Below, in pieces: positions 37,329 through 46,500 of a stretch of 64,000 bases of DNA. A program made the translations under genes and the position numbers. Location of the stretch: NCBI RefSeq assembly GCF_032191835.1, contig NC_083243.1, positions 54,560,001-54,624,000 on the forward strand. The letters are read 5' to 3'. The stretch's first letter is position 1, and each line of letters begins with the position of its first letter. The notes beneath the pieces are model-generated. The model worked only from the letters and a program-made list of their open reading frames with translations, did not search any database and had not been told where the DNA came from. This DNA is from Heteronotia binoei. Taxonomy: Eukaryota.

Positions 37329-37851
37329 AAGAACATAAGAGAAGCCATGTTGGATCAGGCCAACGGCCCATCAAGTCCAACACTCTGTGTCACACAGTGG
37401 CAAAAAATTTTATATACACACATACACTGTGGCTAATAGCCACTGATGGACCTGTGCTCCATATTTTTATCTAAACTCTTCTTGAAGGTTTTTATCTAAA
37501 CTCTTCTTGAAGGCTATACTTGTGGCCGCCACCACCTCCTGTGGCAGTGAATTCCACATGTTAATCACCCTTTGGGTGAAGAAGTACTTCCTTTTATCTG
37601 TTTTAACCTGTCTGCTCAGCAATTTCATCGAATGCCCACGAGTTCTTGTATTGTGAGAAAGGGAGAAAAGTACTTCTTTCTCTACTTTCTCCATCTCATG
37701 CATTATCTTGTAAACCTCTATCATGTCCCCCCGCAGTCGACGTTTCTCCAAGCTAAAGAGTCCCAAGTGTTTCAACCTTTCTTCATAGGGAAAGTGCTCC
37801 AGCCCTTTAATCATTCTAGTTGCCCTTCTCTGGACTTTCTCCAATGCTTGA
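37329..37851 (-). mobile_element. 5'-truncated CR1 LINE nested in Copia gag
   Basis: ORF2 C-terminus [17 protein letters not shown]..., tail TTCTCTTATGTTCTTA, 5-bp flanking repeat GCCTT (37324-37328, 37852-37856), internal 25-bp tandem duplication at 37464-37513. Confidence 0.93.
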
Positions 37852-38228
37852 GCCTTGAGTGCATCCCAGGCTTCCTTCGCCTGCTGTTTTCCTCCTACGT
37901 GCACCAACTGATCATCCGATATACTTAGTATTATGGTTGCGAGAGCCTGGTCCCGGATGGCATCTTCAGGTGTGGGGTCCGCAGAAGGAGCTGATACACA
38001 GTTCCACAGCCCCCCTCGCTTAAGAAAATGTTCTATACGCAACGCCTACACGTTGTAGTTAGTAGGAGTCAGCTTATCTATCAGCACCATAGCCGCCGCT
38101 CTAGCCATCCTGCTTAGCACCTGCGTCTCAGCTACTGCTGTCCTCCTCCACTGAGGCAGCTTTCTCCTCACTTCTGAAGCACTTCTGCGTCTTTCTCCAA
38201 CACACACCTCCTCTACTCACGGCACTCA

Positions 38229-38260
38229 GGCGCAGCGGAAGCGTGCTGGGCCCATAACCC
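38229..38260 (-). other. Primer-binding site complementary to the 5' half of initiator tRNA-Met (32 nt)
   Basis: Plus strand GGCGCAGCGGAAGCGTGCTGGGCCCATAACCC equals vertebrate tRNAiMet nt 9-40 (sequential numbering) and abuts the LTR. Confidence 0.93.
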
Positions 38261-38604
38261 TGTTGGTCTTCCGTGTTTAGTGAGAGAGGTTTCTGAAGAC
38301 GCAAAGGAATCCAGTCTTGTACACAGCTGCGATTAGACTAGCTATATACATTTATTTACAACTATAATACAGACTAGCAAAATGCTCCGCACACAATTCA
38401 CCATCCAACCTCCAACAAGCAGCAGAGTACTACTGTACATTTATACATGTCCTCGTGACCAATCAGGTTTAGTGCTGAGTCATGGTCACATCACTCTGGC
38501 TGATGCAATCTGGCCGACTTCCAGATGCCCCTGTCAGCCAGATCATCTAATGTCAATTAGATCCTTTGCTGTCAGCAGTGGTCTGTCACCTGCATACACT
38601 GACA
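38261..38604 (-). repeat. Copia 5' LTR (344 bp)
   Basis: Direct repeat of 33171-33523, immediately followed by the PBS on the element strand. Confidence 0.95.
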
Positions 38605-40150
38605 GGGGCAAAACTGTGCATCCGTTGCAAATGTATCGGATGTTTCAAGCTACATGCTTCAGGGACAAGGGCTCACTTCAGATGCAATGAGGGGATCCAC
38701 ATATTGCACCTGAATAAGTGAAATCTAGTTCTTGGCAGCATATGCTGTGATAAAACTTTAGTTGGTTTTTAGAGGCTACAATATTCTCTGTTTTATTTTT
38801 GCTGCTGGAGACTAACACAGCTTTCTCAAACCAGATTATGGCTGCATAATCTATAGTTTTCCAAGGTTATTTACCTAGAATTATTTCCATCATCAGGGTC
38901 TCAGTTTATATACTTCTCTAGAGCAGCACTTCCATGCAGAGGTTGTGTAAGCAGTTTTACCCTATACTGTGATTCTTCTGACCCACCATTCAAAGAAATC
39001 TAGTTGAAGAACACTTTGCTTTCCAATTCTTTGATTCCAACCTTTCAGCAGTTCTAGTTAAAGCAGGAGACACTGAACTGCCCTATATCACAATGCTGCT
39101 TCAATAAAGTTATTTCTTCCAAGTTCGTTTGGGGACTCCTATTTATACAGCCCTCTTCCATGGCTGCAAATGCTCTTGCAGCTACATTTGAATACTATGC
39201 AATGCATGCTGTAGTTACTCTGTATTTTTTTCTGATAGTTCTGTGACCATTAAGGAACAGCATTCATCCACATAAATCTGTGGCTGGAAAGCTCTGTCAT
39301 GCGTCTTGCAATCTCACCAATCTATATGCAGACTCCTAGTTTGTTGCTAGCCTTCGATCAACTTCAGCTCACACTCATTACTTTTTCACTTTTTTCTAGC
39401 TAACAGAACAGTAATATCTTGTGGGCCTTCTCTGTGAAGATATTTGCATACTTTCTTCCTATTAACAAGAACATCCTAGCTGTCTTCAAAACCTAATGGG
39501 AGCTACTTGCTGAAAGAAGAAAATTTTGTGTATAAACCTAAACAGTTGCTTGGAACACAATCTAGTCAAGTGCACAGGACAGATATGGCCAGATGCTGCT
39601 GGGTCTGCTGTAGCAGATAAATATTTGAATTTTAGTTTTCCTTAATTCTGTAGGCTTAGGGTATTACAGACTATGACATTAAAACAGAAAATAAGTATTC
39701 TGCTCAACAGGCTTCAGTGATCTAGATTCAGAGTTAGGAAGCCACAAATAAAACAACTGCAAATTTCTAACAAGCTGTTTTAGCATGATTCTGGTCATTC
39801 TCTGTCACCATTTCAAATGTAGGGATTAGTACGGGAATTCAGAGAAACAAAACTCTGGATTTTTTGAAATCAGGGAGTTGAACTAATAATGATTTTGTTT
39901 TACTGTATCCACTGATTAAAGTGGTTAATTTGATTTTATAACTATAGCAACATTAATTAGGGAGGTAGGGGAGGGTTAGAAATTTAGACAGTTTGAAACA
40001 AACCTGAATACAATTAATAAACTTTGGAAGACTAGAATCCATGTGGGTTGACCAGCTCATGTTATGAACTATAGTAATTTAGAACAGCATGGACCAATAC
40101 AAAACAGACCTCAAAATGCTCACATTTACAATTCAAGACTTTAAAAAAAC

Positions 40151-40156
40151 TTTATT
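40151..40156 (-). terminator. Candidate GEMIN2 poly(A) signal AATAAA
   Basis: AATAAA on the minus strand about 400 nt past the stop codon. Confidence 0.45.
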
Positions 40157-40558
40157 GTAAATTTTAAAAAGGTCAGATATAATTTTACATTGTTTGATGG
40201 GGGATAGGGGAAATCTGTACAGATCTGATTTTTTAAAAACCTGCAGTTTTTTTAACGACTAGTCTCACTCCATGGTTTAACCAGCATGAGCTTATATTTT
40301 GGATATAGCGCTCACCGCAGCTTACCAGCAAAGGAGTCTACAAGGAAGTGTTTAGGCACCCTGTTGATATCTTCCAAGCTGAGCTGTCCACTACTGTTGC
40401 TAAAATCGTTTTGAATTACTCTTCAGCAAGGTCTTATGGGAATGCAGGGCACAGCTGCAGTTCTTCACCCTTAAGTCACAGAGGAGCTGGTTGATTATTG
40501 CATGGCATTCCTCCAAAGTTATTATGAGAGGCCATGCTGCTTTGCTCTCCATGCTTTA

Positions 40559-40598
40559 TCAAGCTGGCTCATCAGCCAGGTCATGCTGGTCAAAATAC
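40559..40598 (-). CDS. GEMIN2: GEMIN2 exon 10
   Basis: [12 protein letters not shown] followed by TGA. Confidence 0.93.
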
Positions 40599-43500
40599 CT
40601 GGAGGGGGGAATAAAAGTAATGAAAACAAATAATTGAGAGGGGGCTTTACATCTAAGACTGAATATGCTAGAGATGCAACTAGTTCCTTCCTTCAACTGA
40701 GCAATGGTGCATTAAGGAAGGGACAAAATTACAATATATTTGACTGTCTTCAATAAAAATAGGGAAATTCAGGACTAGACAGAAGGCCAGAAAGCCTGAG
40801 TAGAAGCTGAGCATACAGGTGGTTATACTAAGCACAGAATTAAAGCAAAAAGACCTTACATAGGCAATATAAGAGTTTCTAACATGTGAAGGAAAAAAGT
40901 GAATTCTATAGTAATTAAATTCTATGGTGAGATTCTCCTGCCCAATTTACAGTACACTCTTGCTCAGAGATCAAAATACATGATCTCTAATGCAAGAGGA
41001 AGGATGCTCAAGTGTCACTGCTACTGCTGATTTATTGGTACATGATGCCTATAGTGGCCTTCCCAAACTCATCCATGTCACCTTGGATCACAGGCTGCTA
41101 ATGACTGAATTCTGTATTTTAAAACTTCAGTTACTGAGCAAACAGTCAAATCAAGGGCCCAAGCCAATTCTGCTAGACAGGTATACTTGTGGTGCTTGGA
41201 ATACAAAGCTAAAGTTTCCAGCAGGTTACTGAGGAAAACAGCAACTCTGAACAGCGCACGTTGGGTGATTACAGACCGGCAGTTTGGGCCAACTAAGAGA
41301 TGCCTCTGAAATCAACCCAAAAAATCCTTCCACACACAAACGCCTGCTGCCCTTCCTTGTCCCGTATTCACCCCTGTCCTCCGCAGTGCGACTGAAAAAG
41401 CTACCACTTCCAAAGTGGGAGCAAATTTTTGAGCTGCACGCCAGTTGCCTCTTTGGCGCCTGGAAGTGGAAGGGTGCAAGCGAGGCACCTTGGCAGTGTG
41501 AAACCGCCAAGCTGCCCCAAGTCGCATCAGTTTTTAAAATTAAAACTTTCAGTGTGCATGAGCGCATTTATGCACGCACATGCACATGACTACTGAAAAT
41601 GTATGGGGACAGGAATGGTGTGCAATGGCCATCTGAACATGCCCATGTTGCCCCATGGACAGGATGGGGACGGCTTGTGGGGGAGCATGTGGAGGCTTCG
41701 GGATGGCTCTTTTTGAGCCATTGCAATTTGGGACACCTCCCATCTGCCCCAAAATGCCTGTTTGTTATCAGCCGTTGTTTCCTTAAATAGCCAACTCAAC
41801 AGAAACAGTATCTCTCATACCTGCCAACTAAACAAATTAACAAGTTCAGAGCAGATACTCTTTCTTCATTCTTGTTCTCCTACAACAGAGTAAAGCAGAA
41901 TTAATTCAGCACATGCCTGAAGTTTAGGAAATGTCAACATTCACAATTCTGGACAAATCTGGCAAACATCCAAAACCCCAAATATAAGCTAGTAAACAAC
42001 AACAGTCACTTAAACATGATAGTATTCAAGGTGCATAAAATGGTGAAATTGATACATTTAACATTCTGTGAATGTCAATCAGAGATCATGGTGAGTACTC
42101 AGCATGCTTTTTGTTAGGTTCTGAACTGTCATTCTAAGACGGTATAATGAAAAACACAAAAAATTAACACAAGCCAGATAACTGAATGGAATGACACCCA
42201 TACACTAGAAAATATTTTCTAAATAATTTTAATTTAATAATTTGCTAAGCTTACCTCCAAGACTCTCACTTCAGAACATCTTCTGGCCAACTGCCGAATC
42301 AGGGAGTGAGCCTCTGGTAACAACGGCTTTTCAAGACAGGCCAGCAGAGCATAAAGCCATCTGCCCTGCAGGAATTTAATGGAAGGTGCATCCTGAAAGT
42401 AATGTTTCACTACTGGTACTTTATCCAAGCAAAGTGGGGAAAAGCCAACTCTGGAAAAACATACACCCATGAATGTACTGATCCCAATAACATTACTTTA
42501 ACAGGTCTACAAATTAACCAGCCTGAATAAAAATGATTGTTTTGTAAGTCTATGTCAAATAGATATGCCTGGCATTGTGTACTGGTTAAAATACTAGACG
42601 GATCTGGGAGAGCCAAATTCAAATCCCCACTCTGCATGGAAGCTTGCTGGGTGACCTTGGCCCAGTCACTGAACCTAAACTGTCTCACAGAGTTGTGAAG
42701 ATAAAATGGAAGGGAAGGGACACAATGCTGAAAGCTGCTTTAGGTCCCCACTGGGGAGAAAAGCAGGATATAAACATCTAAAAAAATAAGTCTAATTTAG
42801 CCTGTTAACATGTATCTATCCAGGCAAACTGGGTTGTGCTCAAGGTTTTTAAAGAGCAGACATAGAGCATGCAAATTCCATCTTCATAACTGTTGTGTTA
42901 ACACTAAATTATTTATGTTTCATTTTTGGAGTGTACAGTATTTACAAAGGTTTCTATAAGTTCAGGCAATCATTCTATCTGTAGAGAAAGACCATTCCTT
43001 CTTAAAGGATAAACCAACCCAGGATGCAGAAAACAACAGATCCAGAGAAGCATATTGCTGACAAATGGCATGTCAGCAGGGCCATATAATAGTGGCAAAG
43101 TTCTAATAATGCTTAAGCTGGCATATCACTAAAAGGGACCCCCTGGCTGGCCAAATGTGCATCTGAGCCCCACACTATGGTTGGAAGGGCTGTAATACAG
43201 CAATCTTACTGTCTGGGTCTACTCAGTGCCCGTAACTCTATGATTGTCTCCTGTTCCATGACGGAAGAATGGATAAGGCAGGGATGTAGTAACAAAACCT
43301 GTGTTCTAAATATTTCTAACTTTCCTTCAGCGAAACTTCAAGAGAAACAGTTTCCTCCTCTGCTTTTCAAAAGGAACAAAAGTAAAAGTTACCAGTTCTG
43401 AAGTAAATTCCTTCTCTGCAAACCAGTTTATCAGATATTCCAAGACACTGGTTACTGTTGCCTTTTAAGAAGGAAGAAAAGCAGATATTAAAAACAACAC

Positions 43501-46500
43501 TTTGTATGGTGCCTCCTTATAGTCTTTGCATTGCATTACCAAATAAGATCTATACTTGTACCTCATGTTTCATGAAACACTAGGTATAATCCAGCAACCA
43601 GATGTTTAAATAACTGGCAACTATGGCTTAAGTTCAAATGCAAAGCCCCCATGTGATGCCAATGCAACTTCATATTTTGTGATGCTATGAGATAGCAGCT
43701 GGCAGAGTCTGCCCTAAACATTTTTCCCTACTGTTCCACAAACTGGAGGATCAAACTATAAGTGACAAATATTCTTATATGCATAATGCGAACAAATGTA
43801 CAAATTTGGGTTAACTTATAATTACACTGTGGGTCCAGGTATGCTATAACTTTCAGCAAGCTATCTGTATGATGCTGTTTCGTTTGATAAGAATCATCAT
43901 GCATTCACTGGACACACTGGGAGGGAGAGTGAGCCTGCTGGCTTTACCCCCTGCTTCTGTGCAACTTCCTGATCATCTGCAGGGGCAGCTGTGCCAAGGA
44001 AGTGGCCTTGTGAACTCTCCTTCCCCACTGATCAGGATGGAGAGTTGGAGCAGTTGCTCCTGCAAACAACCAGGGGGGCTGCTGTCACATGCACCAGGCT
44101 ACCCTTATGGAAGGATGTCTAAATAAGTAACAACACAGCTACAAAGAATTCACCACCAATCCCATTTAAGAAAGATAGTAGCAGATACCTGATTCATTCT
44201 GCTAACAATGCTCAGCAATGGAGGAAAGCCAACCTGGAGTGGGGAAGCCATCAGAATATGTAAGAAACAAAAGTACTTATAGGAAATCTAAATGAATGCA
44301 AATGTGCAAGCTATCAACTTTTATCAAAGATTTCAGGTTTTCACGGCTGGTAACATCATTAGGGTTTGTAGAATCTTTCGGGATCAAGTGCTGTGTTCTA
44401 CTGGAGAAAGTTTTCCTTCCAGGTGTTTCGTTCTCAGCTGCGGAGAACATCCTCAGTGGCGTTGCAGCCGGAGCAGGCGCTCAGACCTTCTTGGCTGCTG
44501 TGCATTGAGTGGGGCCAGGGCTGCTGGAGAGCTGCTATTTGTAGGCTGGAGGGGGTGTGATGAAAGGGCAATTGGTTTGTGGATGTTCCCATTGTTTGGT
44601 GGGGCTTCCTGGAAGGGTAGTGATAAGGAAACTGGCTGTTGAATGTGACCTGTGTTAATTGCTGGGAAGGTTGGAAGGGGTTTGAAGATAAGGAAGATGG
44701 TTGTTGACTGTGCTGATTGTTCTGTGGAATTTGCTGGTTGTTCTGAGACTTTCTGCAATTTATAGTCTGTAGGGTGTTTTGCAGAGCTGGGTACCAAGAT
44801 TGGTGGATGAAAATGCCTTCTTCCTTTCTGTTAAAATTGTGCTGGTGTTTGTAAATCTCAATAGCTTCTCTGTTCAGGCGGGTATGATAATGTGAGACCG
44901 TAGAAAGGACTTCAGTTCTTTCAAAGTGGATGACGTGGTCTCCTTCTTGAAGTGCATGTTCAGCTACAGCTGATTTTTCTGGCTGAAACAAGCGACAGTG
45001 TCTCTTGTGTTCGGTGAGACGGGTGTTGATACTGCGTTGGGTACTGCCAATGTAGACTGCACCACAGGAGCAGGGTATTTTGTAGACTCCAGGGGTTGAA
45101 AGTGGATCTCTCATATCTGTCACCGACCGCATTGGCAAAATTCTCAAATGCCATAATGTTGACACAGTCTTCAAGCCCACACAACAGATCTGCCACATGC
45201 TGCGCTCGGCCAAAGATATGAGAGATCCACTTCAAGAAGGAGACCACGTCATCCACTTTGAAAGAACAGAAAGGAAGAAGGCATTTTCATCCACCAATCA
45301 GCACAGTCAACAACCATCTTCCTTATCTTCAAACCTTCACACCCCCTCCAGCCTACAAATAGCAGCTCTCCAGCAGCCCTGGCCCCACTCAATGCACAGC
45401 AGCCGAGAAGGTCTGAGCGCCTGCTCCGGCTGCAACGCCACTGAGGATGTTCTCCGCAGCTGAGAACAAAACGTCTGGAAGGAAAACTTTCTCCAGTAGA
45501 ACACGGCACTTGATCCCGAAAGATTCTACAAACCCTAATATCAACTTTTAACTTTGTGCTTTCTACCTACCTGTACATAATCAATTCCTTGATTTTCATC
45601 ACAGGATACTTGAACACCTGTATTTAAATACAACTTTTCACCCAGACAAAACTTTTTCCAGCCTTCTTCGTCATCTGGTTTGGGCTGCAGAAATCAAGCA
45701 AACAAGTTTATTTTCCCTATTTTAATAAAACAAAAATATTGTACCTCCCCAAGATCACACACAAATGTTAATTCTACATTTTTAGTTTATAATAAAGAAC
45801 TAACCTGTTGTCTATCTCTACTCAATGAGAAGAGAAAAAGAATGGTGCCCCAAAAGATACTCACCATTGTAACGTTACTGTCCAAATGCTGGGATTTCCA
45901 GTGGTCCCTGTGTTTGTTCACACTCTGGAAAATTGAAAAAGTAAAATCTCATAAGAACTTTTTCACTACAGTTGCAGTGTTTAGTCCAGTTATTCAGATC
46001 AACTGATCAAAAGTTATTCAGATCAACTTCTGACCAACTGAAAAGATGCCCCCAATTATTCAAGCAGATATTTAATAACTGATTTTTTTTAAAAAAAGTA
46101 CTGATACAAGTTGCAGATGCGAAACAACAGCTGAGAAGAGGCATTTCCTTCACTCTCATACACAAAGACTGCTTGTAATATAGATGAACTACCTAAAAAA
46201 ATACATGTATTACCTAAAAACAAAATCAAGCCTTTTTCTTTAGAGCTGTTTTTACTCAGATGCAAATTTATAAAGATTTAATGAACTGCCTAATTTCATC
46301 AACAGCAAATGATGGGTGTCAGCCTGCATCCTATACTTCCTTTGGATTTGCACACCTCTTTGATCTCTTTTGAGGCAGTGCTCTATTGCATAGTGCACTT
46401 CCACTCAGCTACACTGCCTTTTCTGGAGCCAAGAAGTGGCTAGCACAAGAGGAATATGCTCTGCAGTGGAGGACTGCCTCTGCAGATGATGGAGAGGACC

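Larger units (their letters stand above)
33171..38604 (-). mobile_element. Full-length decayed Ty1/Copia LTR retrotransposon
   Basis: TG...CA LTRs at both ends with TSD AGGGC/GGGGC, PBS, and PPT TGAGGAGGGG (33533-33524). Domain order: Gag (ATG 38108, zinc knuckle CFFCGSEKHLKRS*), PR (WIIDSGAT), IN (LILVDDHSRF...), RT (ARGFTQ, HFDVTTAYLN, ALYGLRQA, FHVDDL), RNase H (YSDSSWG, CEAEY, HCDSTAA, NVADVFTK). Multiple stops and frameshifts. Confidence 0.96.
44324..45538. mobile_element. Penelope-like element, fold-back (inverted) insertion in GEMIN2 intron 5
   Basis: Minus-strand GIY-YIG endonuclease ([19 protein letters not shown]...RLTEHKRH...SAVAEH...REAIEI); 203-bp inverted arms; 12-bp TSD TATCAACTTTTA (44312-44323, 45539-45550). 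Confidence 0.92.

Noticed and set aside
33524-38228. Apparent excess of internal Copia lesions relative to about 98% LTR identity (recent LTR gene conversion or APOBEC hypermutation)
   Set aside because: The LTR pair shows about 1 indel per 350 bp of sequence, which predicts roughly ten indels internally, similar to what is seen. A single TGG-to-TAG change is not evidence of hypermutation.
38229-38260. tRNA-Met gene
   Set aside because: Only nt 9-40 are present, with no acceptor stem or T arm, and it abuts the LTR; it is a PBS.
44434-45213. 259-aa ORF as an intact novel endonuclease gene
   Set aside because: Chimeric: its first about 32 codons are the antisense of the inverted PLE linker and it lacks the RT; it is a truncated element.
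45988-46028. 17-bp direct repeat separated by 7 nt, and a similar 12-bp repeat near 12448
   Set aside because: Small local duplications with no further structure.
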